A DNA stretch of 64,000 bases from positions 2,775,979-2,839,978 of the forward strand of contig CAVNZM010000007.1 of NCBI GenBank assembly GCA_963693365.1, in the 5' to 3' direction. A program made the translations under genes and the position numbers. Source of the DNA: Amoebidium appalachense. Lineage: Eukaryota; Protista; Ichthyosporea. The notes beneath the pieces were generated by a model. The model was not told where the DNA came from. It was given only the letters and a program-made list of their open reading frames with translations, and made no database searches. How positions within the stretch are numbered: position 1 is the stretch's first letter; every line of letters starts with the position of its first letter. Shown here piece after piece: positions 1-37,495 of the stretch.

Positions 1-136
1 CTGTGTATGATTTTTTGAATATGTATGTACGTGTGGGTATTTGTGTTCTTGTACCTTCACATGCAAGCACCCGTTTTCAGCTACATTTAGTGCATGTGTC
101 TGTTTTGCTCTGATCCTTTTACGCTCACCCTTCCAG

Positions 137-299
137 GAAACATCAGCGGCACACCCATGTTCCTTGTCAATGGCGTGATGATTAGTGGCTGTGCAACGTG
201 GGACCTCAAGAGGTGGAAGCAGGTACTTGCTCACCCCAAACACACACAGGCACACACGCAGAGGCAGAGGCAGAGGCATACACCACACACACACACACA

Positions 300-370
<71 letters not shown>

Positions 371-593
371 ACACACAAGGGCGCGCACATGTACAAACAT
401 ACTGCACCACGTTCGTGGTGAATGTGTACATCATACTGTATGGCCCTTCCTCTCCCCTGCACGTTCTAGATCTCGCTACCCCTCCAAGCACGCACACACA
501 CACACAGACACACACACACACACAATTCACTAAACTTCGCGCTGCCACCATGTACATATGCACACACACACGTAGCCCTTCCCCCCCCCTTCC

Positions 594-643
<50 letters not shown>

Positions 644-1011
644 AAAATGATCTATTTCCCTATAATTGATGAATTTGTAGTGTGCACACGGCCTGGGGGG
701 GGGGGGGGTTGCTGCTTTTGTACAGATCACCCACATAATGCGGAAAGAGCCCCCCCCCACCCCCCTCCCCAACTCGATCGATAGATGTATGTTGCAAGTC
801 CCTTCTCTTAAAGCTCTGCCGCTTGTAATTGGTGGCTGTGTGTGCTCTGCGGGTTGGGTGTGTACATACGTTCCTGCGTGTGTGTGTGTGTGTGTGTGTG
901 GTGGGGAGGGGGATGGGGGGGGGGGGGGGGGGGGACGGTTGATGATGTATGCATCGAAGATTTAGAATGAAGGAGACATCATATGATATGAACAAAACAC
1001 AACACCCCCCC

Positions 1012-1043
<32 letters not shown>

Positions 1044-1190
1044 AATAATATTAATAATATTAATAATATTAATAATATTAATGAGAAAATAAAAATAAAA
1101 ATAATCAAAATAAATAAAAGGAGGCATATGCCTATGCTTCTTGACTGACATGTATTTCCCACACAGCTCCTGGACCCCCTCATCTTCTAA
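137..1190 (+). CDS. DsbA/thioredoxin-fold protein, last two exons (gene starts upstream of window)
   Basis: Exon 137-222 (cag|..|gtact) encodes NISGTPMFLVNGVMISGCATWDLKRWKQ, containing the G-TP-F-VNG cis-Pro loop motif of DsbA-like proteins. Exon 1167-1190 after acacag encodes LLDPLIF*. Confidence 0.65.
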
Positions 1191-1311
1191 CTGGGTGCGG
1201 AGGGCAAATAGTCTGCGCAGTATGCCTGCATAGCCGAGTCTCTATGCACCCGCATCCTATCCAGTAACCCTTTTCCTTGGCCTTTTGGATATCCTTAGTC
1301 TTTGCTAGATT

Positions 1312-1388
<77 letters not shown>

Positions 1389-1940
1389 TGGGAAGGGGAG
1401 GGGGGGGGGGGGGGTAGTATTCTTTCTTTTTTTTTTTTTTTTTTTTTTTTTTGTGGGGAAGGGGGGGGGGGGGGGGGGGGGGGTAGTATTTTGTGTGTGT
1501 GGGCTATGGTCTATCTGTCCATAGGCAGAATTCAAAAAGTCTGGTTGGCCAGTTCACCTGTGTCCATAAGATTTCACTTAAAAATTTAGAGGGGTTTTTG
1601 AGGTTACACTGCCTTTGTGGTCACTGTTTGGATCGCTATATTCACTGGTTCCTTGTACTTGAATAATTCAGGTTTTTTTTTTCCTGAAAGAAGAGTCTGG
1701 TTTGTGGTGGTGGCTCTTTAGACTTTCCACACTGAAAGTGACTGGGGCCCTATTAGAACTTGAAGAAGGTTTCACAGAACAACGTTAACAACTGTTACAG
1801 CAAGCATATACATATATATGCATAGTTTACTATTTCATCATCACTTGGGTTTCTAAATCCGAGAAGAGTACTCGTGTAAGTCCACAAATAAATTTGATAC
1901 AGCATCGGAAAAAGTAATTGCTATGTCCTTCAATTCGGAT

Positions 1941-1972
<32 letters not shown>

Positions 1973-3066
1973 AGTCCTCCGAGTCCTCCGAGTCCTCCCG
2001 CTTGCGGGCCCGGGCCGGGGTGCATGACTGAGGTGACCCTGTTTGAATTTCTTGGCGGCAGCCCCCAAAAGGTTTTGCACGTTCAAGTTCCCGGTCAGAT
2101 CTGGATGCTGGGCCCCGGCTGCGGGATTCTTGCACATGTACATATTAGGCAAACAAAGAAATAGGTACATTTTAGACGGTCTGGCACTTAATTTGCGTCT
2201 ATGTAGAGTCTAGCGGAGAGGCGTTTGCAAATTCTTTCCTCAAAGCATGTGGTGACCTTGCGTGCACTCGAGCTCTATCAAAGTGGGTGACTTCGACGTA
2301 AAAAAAACGCATCAGGTCGCAACAATAACCTCATCAACCCAGAACAACCAATCATACGCGTCTGTAGAGGCTCCCCCAAAACTTCCTAGTGTGGGCGGTG
2401 CACGTGCGGCAATTGCCAACCGCTCCAGGGAATTTGAGACCTCATTTCCACATGTTTAAATTTGTAACTGCTAACTAACTAGTGAAAATGGGGTCTCATT
2501 AAACCAAAATTTCCTTTCATAATATATGTCATGGAATTTAACTATACGTAAGACAGCGTGCAGCTTTATGTCTGATGCGGCCAGGTCGTCGTCCCAATTG
2601 CAAACTTCCGAAGCTGGAAAAATGAAAATCCTCCTTTACAATTTACACACATAAAGAATTGAAGGTTTCTATCAGGTTAATGATTTATAGTCACCATTGT
2701 CCGGGAGTAGTTTTTATTCTTGTACGTTTATATATTGTTCATGAGATATCTGTGATGTCTCAGCTTCTTGTATCTTGAAGTTGTTTCAATAAAGTCTATA
2801 AAAATAAAAAAAAACACGAGTCACATACCGCTCGCAACCGTTCGACCCCAAATACAAGTTTTGGGGGATCTCTGTAAGCAAATCGTAAGCCAATCATGTT
2901 GGAGTTCGGCCAAAAACCCAACCATCTTCAAGTGTCGCACATCTGGAATCCAGAACGTCGCCTATAAAAAGCACAGTCCCACCGTGCATTATCCCTCTAA
3001 GACTCTTTCTGTTTCGTGTCAGCACGTTCCCGTGGCAAAGTTTTTTTTTTCATTAAACTCGAAGAA

Positions 3067-9983
<6,917 letters not shown>

Positions 9984-10409
9984 TTTATGTCTGTACATTG
10001 TTTTGGATCACTCTTTACTCGCTACCAGAATCAAATTGAATTGTTGATAGTTGTGCAGGGTTTGTGGATTTCGGGATATAATCCAAGTTGATTAACGTAC
10101 ATCTGTAAATTGATTTGTATTTCAAGCTATATGACGAGCCACTGGATTTTGTCTGAGTAGCTGTACATGTTTTTGACTTTGTTTTATTCCAAGCCGAGGT
10201 AGTTTCGCTGTACCTTGTATTAGATCTCATTTTTTTCCCATCATTTTTTGAATAGTCAAAAGCTATCATGATATCGATTGATTTGGATCCCCATTGCTTG
10301 TTCAAAACCGGGATTGGTTAAATTTGCAAAGGTAAACAAAAGTTCACCTTTCGCATCAAGAGGCAAGGCTGAGTTTCCATGGATCCACACGAGCACTTAT
10401 TCCTGCCAA

Positions 10410-10440
<31 letters not shown>

Positions 10441-10837
10441 CTTCCGGCCTTACCAGTTCTCTATACCCGCATTTGTTCCCTACTAGCGGCTCTCCCCTTT
10501 TTCAAAAAGCAGCCCGCCCCCCTCCCCCCTCCCCCTAGCTAAGCTCCTTCTTCTTCTCCACCTCTTGGCCATCCCGGTGTCGTCAGTCCGACTTCCTCTT
10601 TCCTCGTCCTCCAATCACACTCCTCCCATTTCTGGGTGTTTATATGGAGAGCTATTTTTTTTTTTTTTAATTAAAAAATAGGACATGTACATGGTAGCCA
10701 AGATGCACTGGGATCCCACACGTACTGCTATTGGTGGCACAAAAGAGCTCTTTCTACTGCACTACCTCATTTTCAGCCACATTGAGCAAATGTGTATGTT
10801 TGGCAACGTCTGACCGCGGTTCGTGCCCCTTTCCGAT

Positions 10838-10910
10838 AACATCAGCGGCACACCCATGTTTCTTGTCAATGGCGTGATGATTAGTGGATGTGCAACGTGG
10901 GACCTCAAGA
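10838..10910 (+). pseudogene. Duplicated fragment of the DsbA-like exon
   Basis: AACATCAGCGGCACACCCATGTT..GGGACCTCAAGA is a near-exact copy (about 2 mismatches) of ~139-211. It lacks the acceptor AG and is truncated by a poly-C tract. Confidence 0.75.
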
Positions 10911-10911
10911 A

Positions 10912-10944
<33 letters not shown>

Positions 10945-11083
10945 TAGGTGGGTGTCACAAACAAAACGTTTTCTTCTTGTAAAGCACAAGATTGTAAACT
11001 AAGTGTCCTGCGCAAGTGCTTAGTAAAAACCATAAACTAGATACATCGTGAATAGGAAAAAGGTTACCCCCCCCCCCCCCCCA

Positions 11084-11117
<34 letters not shown>

Positions 11118-11450
11118 AAGGTAAGTTAATCCAAACGAGTTATATTGCTTGCAATGTGGTGCACTCGCCCAGTGGCAAAGCTAAGTTCAGCTACTGTGAC
11201 CGTGCAAACAACAAGCACGCAACATTCATATAAGCTAAGTTCTTACGAGACGGTACAGCAGCTGTTCATCTATTGTACATTAAGTCTGAGAACACAAAAA
11301 TCCAACAGGATTCAAGATACTTAGCAACTCAGTTAACGTGTATGGTCCTGCTAAGAGTGCCTTACAGTAGGCTACACCACGACCTCGTAACGTAGCACCA
11401 AAACGGGTCCTTAGTTGGGGCTGTATTTATGTTTTTTTTTTTGAAAACAT

Positions 11451-12020
11451 TTATGGGTCTACGAGTAATGTAGCTGAATGGTTTGACGGACGGCGAAACC
11501 TCACTACCAGCATGCCAATAGAAATGACCACCAACACCAAAAAGACTCCCAAAGAGCCCCAAAAGGCGATAGCCGGTAGTTTCCCTCCAAATCCGTCGTT
11601 AGCAGCAGTAAAAGTGATTACGGCAATTGAAAACAAGTACAAGGAAACCAGGGCAGAAAAAACCCACATCCAGCCAAAAACGTAGCGCAGAGTTCTTGGT
11701 CTCTCCCTCTCCGACAGCCAATAATCTTTATTCGGAAGGTTGATGTACTCGTTGGGGATTTTCCCCAAGAACGCTCCAGTAAGACCAAAGATCAATGTCA
11801 TGCCCCATGCTACACCTACAGTTGTGTAGCGAAGTGTCGATGGGCTGCCAAAATCAACTGGTGTGCCACCTGGCCCCCAGTGAATGGGACAAGGATCAGG
11901 TAGAGGAGTGAGGAATGCGTAGATGGTAAGTGCAATGTTGACTAGAAGGGCAAAGAAGACGAGCCCTGCTAAGAAAGCGAAGGAACTCTGGTGAAAAAAC
12001 GATTGGTTTGGCGGAGGCAT
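11451..12020 (-). CDS. Intronless DUF1648/SdpI-like multi-pass membrane protein
   Basis: 189-aa ORF with ~4 hydrophobic helices. LPDPCPIHWGPGGTPVDFGS matches the LP-x-P-H-W/F-G-G-D motif of DUF1648, followed by INLPNKDYW. Confidence 0.75.
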   Translation of the reverse strand: MPPPNQSFFHQSSFAFLAGLVFFALLVNIALTIYAFLTPLPDPCPIHWGPGGTPVDFGSPSTLRYTTVGVAWGMTLIFGLTGAFLGKIPNEYINLPNKDYWLSERERPRTLRYVFGWMWVFSALVSLYLFSIAVITFTAANDGFGGKLPAIAFWGSLGVFLVLVVISIGMLVVRFRRPSNHSATLLVDP

Positions 12021-12553
12021 GTTTCGATGCGCATCATCCCAGAAGCGGAGAAAACTTCAAAAAAATTTGGAATGGTTTTCCTCCGTCTGGTGCAGAAGGG
12101 TGTCGCGAAGTCCACTTATCCTGTTGTCTGTCTGTTCCGCGTTGCTTGTGTTTCTGGACTGCTCAGGCAAACACTTGAACTACACCTTCTGCAGTAAGCT
12201 CAGAAGTAGGAACCTTCAACGACGTATTGTGAGCGAAAACTCTCCCACCTCTAAGTACTCAGGCTTTTCCAGACAGAGACAAAGTTCAGACAAGTTCAAC
12301 GTTCGCAAACTGAGCAGTGAGCAGCTGCAGTGAGCAGAGTCACCCGTTTATCGGCCCAATCGCACCGTCCGTTACCGTTATCTATAAATAGCGCCTTACG
12401 TAATGTATAGCAGCTTTGATTGGATAGAAATGCATCAAAGTCTAAAAATAAAACGCAGCGCTCGACTTTCGAATGTGTACACGTGCAAGTTGCAACTTCA
12501 CGCCCCGTCTATGTTTGAGCAAACTTGGTAAAGGTTACAAGGAAACGTGAAAA
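12021..12553. promoter_or_regulatory. Putative bidirectional promoter between the DUF1648-like gene and NSUN2
   Basis: ~530 bp free of microsatellites between two divergent ATGs. Contains CCAAT (~12356) and TATAAATA (~12383). Confidence 0.45.
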
Positions 12554-29097
<16,544 letters not shown>

Positions 29098-29967
29098 AGC
29101 TCTCTATATACGTCCAAGAATATTTGTGCAGATCATCTGCATTTAATTAAGGATTGAAAATGCGCGTTTCGGGAGTGTAGGTAGACATACTTGTTAAAGA
29201 AGTTGTATCGGGTGATTCAATTTGATAGACCATTGTTAGTGTTATGTTGGATGCTTTCTTCTGTGTTGTATTTGGAGTTGTTTTTAGTTTTTTTCTACTT
29301 AAAGTTTGCAGGTAGGTGTCACGTGCACGTGGAACGTGTGCATATGCACGGTTTAACGAATTGATTATAAAGAAGGAAGGTTCAATATAAAATGTACGTT
29401 TAAACGTGCCGCGTTCGCATAGACGGCACGGTTGAATGTCTGTGTTTATCACGCAGCCCTCTCTTCCATCTTTTGTCTTTCAGAACTATCTTGGCAAGCT
29501 ATCTCGAGATGTCCTCTGCTCTCAGCTAGCTGCTGGGTCTTAAGTTGATCCATTCTGTTCGATATACTTGATACTCCGTGCATGATTTTATAATCATCCA
29601 TGCATATGTACTACATGATTGATTCGCGGGCTGTGCACCGCATGTAGTAGGTGTGGAAAGTTGGCTGGGAACGCTTACGGGTCACATCCATGTTCCCTCT
29701 TGTGGTGTCACTGAGAGGGGGTTACATGCACAGACAAGAGTCACAGGCTTACTGCCAAGCCGGGACCGGCTATCTATGTTTTGAGTGTACGTGGTTGGAC
29801 GTGTCAATTCATCATAAGTACATGATTCGCAATACTGATACACACGCGTGCCTTGTAAGTGCGTGTACGCGTTCATGCCTTTTTTCTGCAAGCGCAAAGC
29901 CGTCCTGACGTCGACGTGCGCACAAAGTTTTTCAGAGGCTCCTATTAGGCCTCACTTTGTTTTTTTT

Positions 29968-30844
29968 GGCCCGGGTACCATATCAGGAGCGGGCAATTTT
30001 TGAATTCTCCCTCCCCGGCCCCGCCGGGGAAAATTTGAGGTTTTTGGACCTCAAAGAAGTCAAATCCTGCAAAATCCACTACCGGGAGGCCAAAAAGGGT
30101 GATTTTACAAAAAAGGAGGGACATACATGAAAAAGAGAAAATGGGCGAGTTCAGTGGGCTGCCGATAAGTATATTTCGTGCTGGGCCGGTATACATGCTG
30201 CCGTGGTTGTTGCTGTAGACGGCAGTATGGCATCGCATGTGTCACGTGACCTGCACGTGAATGCGACCATGTGCAGGCACTGAGTCTAGGGGGATTTGTA
30301 TGTGTGTTTTGGAGCACCGACAAGGCAGAGCCAGGGTGAGGGATGTGTAAACATGGAGTTTAGGGAGATCGTGCTGCTATTGTAACATGTGCACAAAACA
30401 GCCACGTGCACCGGCACACTCCGGTGTACAGAACAATAATATGCACATGCGTCACTGTAATATCATGTATGCGCATGCCGCACAAGGTTTAGGAGACCAC
30501 CACAGTATATACTATTTTCTTTTGGTTGATATCCATGTAGGAATGGTGTGTTGCAGTTGTCATGATCAGCCTGAGGCAGGCACGTGCACTCACTGAATCA
30601 CTAGAACTCATGAATAAAAAATACATTCGCTAAAAACGGCAAGGTAAATTTGGGGCCAAGCTATTATTTCCCCCTTTTAAACGTTTTTTTAGCTCCAAGA
30701 ACTTCGACGCCAAAATTTCTATATTTGGCCATCGTATATGATAATGAACACGTGTACTTAAATTAAAGTAGTTATATAAATATGAGCGGCCCGTTACAAA
30801 TACAGTGACGAAAAACAGTGACCCACGAGCAGTTTTTCTTTCTA

Positions 30845-30915
<71 letters not shown>

Positions 30916-32239
30916 CAGACACACACACCACCACCACGGTGACCACCACCACCACCACCACCACCACTCACCCCTTAAAAAAACCACACACATACGTGCA
31001 CGTGTACACACACACACAGAACACCACCACCACCTCCACTGGACCCCATTTCCTCGTTGTTTTCTTAAGCCTTCAGACCAGTCCTGCACACTGGAGTTAA
31101 ACAATTGAATTCACCTAGGCTGACATGCATCCACCCCCGCCTTCCACTTCCCCTCCCCCCCCCACCCCCCACCCCCCACCCCCCCCACCCCCACCCCCTC
31201 CCCCTCGATGAAGAAGGGCCCCCGTAAGCCTTGGGGGGGGGGGGGGGGGGGGAGGGGGGGGGGAAGGGGAAGGGGGGAGCTCTTGAGCCTCCGGGTAGGG
31301 AAGTGGGGTCCGGGGATCCGGAGAGGGAGGGGGGGGGGGGGGGGGGGGGAAGGGGCATATAATATTGGGCCTAGATATCATAGTATGGGGCCCCGGGGGA
31401 GGGAGAGGTGGGGGGGGGGGGAGGGGGGAGGATCCACGGGAAAGACCTTTAGGTGCATGTTCTTATTTATACCCCCTTCGAATCATCCCCCCTCTCCCCC
31501 CCCCCCCCCCCTGAGTGCAGGCCGTGACGTAGCTACGATAACCCTGCAGAAGGCAACAAAAATGTATTAATTACTAGCACTATACATGTGTTCATAGTGC
31601 AGCTTGCACCACGTATGATCTCAGCAACTTTAAAGTAGTCACAAAGTTTAGTTATTTTCATTATTTTCATTGCTCTGAACTCTATTACTCTGAAATGATC
31701 ACCGTGCATGTGCCGCAAGATAACAACCCTATATGTGTGCAGCTGCTGCCTGCAGGTTAGACTCGCTGAAAAGACAATTGTCAGTGTGCATCCGACGCTT
31801 GCAGCTGCAGCTAGCCTCTGCAACATTAATACTTGCCAAGTGAATGCTCTTACACTTGATCATCATTCACTCAAAAAACCGAGGACCGACAGATTAAATA
31901 TTAATGTCGATCCGAATGATCAGCAAGTGTCTATGCGTACTACTATATATACACACACGTAAAATGCGAAGCTATCAGTTACAAGGCACACCTGCTGCAC
32001 TGGCACACATACACATACACACCGGCAGATCGATGCTGTCAAAATTTACTTTCATGTACTTCGTAGGTCCGACACAGGTGCACATGAACACGTACATATG
32101 TACAAGCCGCGCACACACCACACCACACATACACACACACACACACACACTCACACACACACACGCACACACGCACACACGCACACACGCACACACGCAC
32201 GCACGCACGCACACACACACACACACGCACGCACGCGCG

Positions 32240-32303
<64 letters not shown>

Positions 32304-34153
32304 GACACACACACACACACACACATCACTGGGTGCGCTCGCTGGGGATTAGTTTTTTGGCACGCTGTTGACTTTATCGTGTGTTTATTATTTGCTATTT
32401 ATTGGCCAGCGGCCAACATTTAAAAATATACTATATACCTAAAAATAGATACTGACTACGGCCAGCAGACATTATACACCTTCCAGGACACATTAACACC
32501 AATAGTCTAACACACCATACTCTCGATCACAAAGAATTCCTAACAAACAGAGAAAAGTGCAAAGGCTCTGTACTATTACTCAGATTCTAAATTTTAATTC
32601 TTTACAGTAAACTTCGGAATGAAAGCTAGCCCCCCCCCCCCCCCCCCCCCCCCCCCTCCCCCTAACATGACTGTACGAAGAACAGGTATAACTTGAAGCA
32701 CTACAACACATATGAGATCCGTTACATTGGTGTACATTCCAATATTAGACACTAGTTTGGCTACTCTGACTACTCTGAGATCCTGATTGGCTGCCTGCAG
32801 ACTTGCGGCCACGATTACTTTGCTTTCGATCGTGCCATTGCAGCTGCGTCTCTCCAGCAGGTGGCAACGCCAGGCCCAGCACAGCAGATGCACGAGAAGG
32901 GGGTGGGAACTGCCCACCAGCCGAGGGCTGGCCCACATGGCCCAAGTAAGGATGGGGACCGTGCTGCGGCAGTAGCCCAGGCATGGGGAAGGCAGGGCCG
33001 GGCTGAGGCGGCATGATGCCCCACGGTGGGGGCCAGCCATGTGGGTGGTGCGGGCCTGGATGGGGTGCAGGGGGCATGTGCGGCACATGGCCCTGCTGCA
33101 TGTCAAGCGCGGGTGCTGGTGGCATGGCATCCTGATTGGCTGCAACCCAACGTGGGCAGCTCTTGGCCCGATTGGAGCCGGGGCAGCCCTTGCCCTGGCG
33201 GCCACACGTCTTGCAGGTCTTGGGGGCTCTCTGGGGTGGCTGCATAGGAGGGGGCACCGGCAAATCCATCTGCAGGGGCCCCTCAGGGCCAATGTTGCGA
33301 TGCTTTTTGCCCACTAGCATGGGCAAGGGCCGCTCACGCTGCGCCCCTGCATCGACACCGTCTGGAACAGGGAGGGGTGGCAAGGGGGCAGGCCGTATGG
33401 TTGCTGGCACAGCGTCTGCCCTCTCCTCGCGCATACGCTTGCGGTGATCTGCCAGGCCCTCGTGTGTGGAGCGCTGTGCATGTGCCGTCTGCCAGGTCTT
33501 CCACTTGTCGAAATGCTTCTTGATGTAGGCCGCATCCTTCATGTAGATTCCCCCAGCCACAGAGGCAGCCTTGTTGAAGTCTTGGGCCAAAGCCTCGAAC
33601 AGCTGGCCGTTGGGCTTTGCATGTGCCTTGTAGGTGCCCAGGAGCAGCGTGCTGAATAGCTTGCGCTCCTGAGGGGTAAGCACCGGAAGGAAGGGGATGG
33701 CCACATGTTGCTTCTGCGCCAGGAACTTGTAGTCGCCCCTCAGTGCAGGGTCCGGCTGTGGTGCACCACGCGCCACCTGGTTGCCCCCCCCCATGGCAGC
33801 ACCGTCACCCTCCTCGACCTCACAGTCCTCTGGCCCGCCCATCACGCCATTGGCTGCAGGCTCGATGTTATCAGACGGAGGTGGGGGTGCGGGCACCGCA
33901 ACTGGCTCCTGCGCCGGGGCATTGGCCACACAGGAGAGCGGGGCAAAGTTGAAGTACTCCTCCGGTAGCTTGTAGCAGCCTACGGGTACCCACTGGGGGT
34001 CGAGGTGATGGCCGTACAGCATCAGCGCCAGTGCCTCCATGTCGTCAACAATCCAGGGGCTGTAGTGGGGGGGCCCCGATGCCTGGCCCAGGCGGTTGCG
34101 GTAGTGTGCACGCAGGTTGTGGCGGTGGCGCCTATTGGACATGGTGGCGTCCA
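29968..34153 (-). repeat. Left inverted arm (reverse complement of 41238-45422), including the last ~470 codons of the transposase
   Basis: ORF 32745-34166(-) is identical to the C-terminal part of ORF 41030-42646(+) from LDATMSNRR onward. Identity ends at ATGGTGGCGTCCA (34153). Confidence 0.93.
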
Positions 34154-34759
34154 ACAAAATAGCCAAATAAAGTAATTTTTCTTTCTTTTAATTGGTTTAG
34201 CGAGCATCACTTTGGAATGCGGAGGCACATGTAACGTATCCCAGATGACAAGGCTTGGTGGCACCACCAGTTGTGTACCATAAACAAAACGAAAGTATTG
34301 TCTGGAGTCAGAAAATAACCTGTGCATAATTTGCGTTCTTTTCACACCAAAAAACATACCTTTCTCCCAGGTTATATGGGATGCCAGCTGTGAGTATGAT
34401 CCGGAAAACGCGTCTAAAAACTTGGGTGGCCAGCGCGCGGGGGGGGGTGCGGCATGCCAGGAGCTACTACTAGAGAGAAGGGGGGGTATGATTGGAGGGG
34501 GGGTGTTCAGCTAACCTTATATGGATAAAGCAAAGTTACAAGGATTCAAGCCATTGGTTGGGCAAGACCCCTTTTGCCGAATATGGATAACAGATCATAC
34601 ACTGCTGTAGGCGGCGGTCAGGAATTGGCGCGCTCTTTACTGGTCACAACCAGTCCGGGAAGGCCATGAGCAGCATTGCCGAGCACACTGGAATACGGGA
34701 ATGTTTGCGGTAACGTAGTCGCACTAGGGGGGCAGGGGGCCAGGCCCCAAGTGTTTAAA

Positions 34760-36151
34760 ATGAAGCCAGGCTGCCCTAAGGGCACAACACAGCGCCCTGG
34801 GCATAAAACAGGCGGAGCTAGGGAGGGAGCTGGGCGCAAAAAAAAAGATGCTGCATTTGTTCAGCCTTTAGCGAACTTTGCAGGTTTTGGGACGGCAAAC
34901 AAAGCTGTTTTGCAGGAACTAAACGTAAACGTACAACCCGAACAGCCCCCTCTATCTAAGGCCGCCGACATAAGGGCCCGTGTAGTTGAGGCAGGTAGCG
35001 TCCATTCGTTACCAAGAGAAATGGATCGGGCCCCTGCTCCACACCCACCAGACATACAGGTGCAACCCGACGAGGAACCTTTGCTAAATGCAGCAGCAGA
35101 TGCGTACCGGGTAGACGAGGATGAAGGGGAGGAAGAGGGAGAAGATAATACGGACGGGGATGACGGTGGAGAGGAGTTTTCTGACGCGGCGGGCGAAACA
35201 ATCAAGTCGCACCTGCACACAGTGAAAGAGAGTCTCAAAGATGAGAAGACGCCTGTGGGGTGGCATCTTCCACCTCCCATTATAGGCTTTAAATTTGGGG
35301 GCGATCCAGCGCCTTTCTACAAACCCAGATGTTTTGCCTGGCTTCCGGAAAGGTTGTCTCCCGGTTTCATGGTGCCGTGCCCCTTCGATGATCACTACGT
35401 GGACCCCCACAACCACCCCAACCCACACCGTACTTCTCGCAATGGGTTCATGAGCAACCCCGTAGGACGGCGTGTTATCGACTTTGACAGCTGCTACTAC
35501 ATTATCACGGCCCGGTACTTTTGTGACACATGCAAAAAAAACTTTGCCGGCACAAACCCCCAGACAATTAAACGCCTTCCACTCTTCATGCGTGATCAGT
35601 TTCCGGCCTACCTTAGCCACCGCAGTGGGCTCGACCTAAAGGTGGTAACATTGTTGCGTGCACTGGCAGACAAAGGTGTGGGCCCAAACGCCTTTGCCAC
35701 CCTCCTCTCGGAGCTCCACAAGCAGCGATACGACGAGCAGCGGCTCCTGTATTACTCGAGGGCGCTGCATTGGACCGAGTATGAACTCAAAAAGCGTAAC
35801 GATTTCCGCCCCCACGACCAGCGCCTGACAGAACTTCCCCCAGAGGAGCAGGCGGCTAAGTTCTCGGCGTTTGGTGACAAAAATGGTTACGCTGGACATG
35901 TGCCTTCAGGCAAGTGTGCACTGCATTTTGGGTGTGTAAATGGTCCCCATTGTTTTGTATGCACGTGCTTGGGCATTTTTTGGGTTGGCTTGGTAGGGTT
36001 TTGTTTTATTATTTTTTTTTTTTTTTTTGGGGGGGGGGGGGGGACTTGGAAATGGGTTTTGGAAGTGTGGTCAATAAGTTTCTATTATGGTGGTGGTGGA
36101 TGTGTGGTGGTGGATGTGCGCCTGTGAGTGTGCGTGTACTTGTGGGTCCGT

Positions 36152-36202
<51 letters not shown>

Positions 36203-36276
36203 GGGGGGACATGGTGATGGATTAGGTGGTGGTGGTGGCAATCAGTCATGGTGGTGGTGGTGGTGGTGGTGGTGGT

Positions 36277-36316
<40 letters not shown>

Positions 36317-36466
36317 GGGCAGAGGGATCATCAGAGGGGTGAAAGCATAACGGTCCATGTACCAGTGAGTGTGCTTGGGAAATCGTGGAGAACTGTTATG
36401 CCTGAAATTAGATGGTGGGTGTGCGCATGTGTGTCTGTGTGTGTTGGGGGGAAAGGAGGTGGAGAG

Positions 36467-36504
<38 letters not shown>

Positions 36505-36691
36505 GGGCACATGGTGGTAGACTGGATCTTGGTGGCGGTACTTAATGGTTATTATAGTAGTGGCAGGAGGGTGTGGGGGGAAGGGCAAACGGACGTGCAG
36601 GGGACAAACTGCAGATGGGGCACAAAGGGGAAAGAAGGTGAAAGTTGGTGCAATGACTTGGAGGGTTTGCGCGCGCCGGGAGGGCGGGGGG

Positions 36692-36732
<41 letters not shown>

Positions 36733-37160
36733 AACGGCCGGAGATGGGTGTGTAGCGTTTTTGAGATGGGAAAAGCCATACAGACTTACGAAAATACAGA
36801 GAGGTGAGATGAACACGAGGGACTAGAGGGAATGGGGGGGATGGTCCTGATGGGAGGGTGGTGGAGTTCTAACAGTACTTGGGGTTCAGGCAAATACCTG
36901 AGTGCCGTGTATACTGAGTTCAGCGACCGCACGGCAAAGTACCAGAGCCTGGACACGCAGCTCAAGCCCGTAAACAACGTGCTCAAGGCCGACCACACCT
37001 TCCAAATTGGGAAGCTCACCGGCATCAATGGGGAGCCTCTGTACCGAGGCCTATGGACTTGTGTAAACGAGCTTGGCGGTGTGTGGTCCCTCCTCTTCTC
37101 CCCCCTCCCCCCACTCTCCCCCAGGCCCCCTTCCCCCCCTCCCCCCCCCCCACACACGCC

Positions 37161-37191
<31 letters not shown>

Positions 37192-37422
37192 ACGCCCCCC
37201 TCCCCCCCCCCTCCCCCCCTCCCCCCTCTAGGGCCTTTAAATCTCTTAGGCTCCACATTTAATGAGGTGGCACACTGTGAGTAGAGGTTTGTAGTATGTG
37301 GGTTTTGGGGACAATTCTTGCCCTGTCGAGCAAAAACTAGGAAGCTCCAGATATGTGTGTATGTGTTTTTGCTGGGTAGAGATTGGGGTGGGCTGGGGTG
37401 GAGCTTTCTTTTGGCGGGGAAT

Positions 37423-37495
<73 letters not shown>

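Noticed and set aside
1969-1998. (TCCGAGTCC)x3 short tandem repeat
   Set aside because: Too short, with no associated structure; probably slippage.
32745-34166. Independent host gene on the minus strand (473 aa)
   Set aside because: It is an exact inverted copy of the transposase last exon within the left arm.
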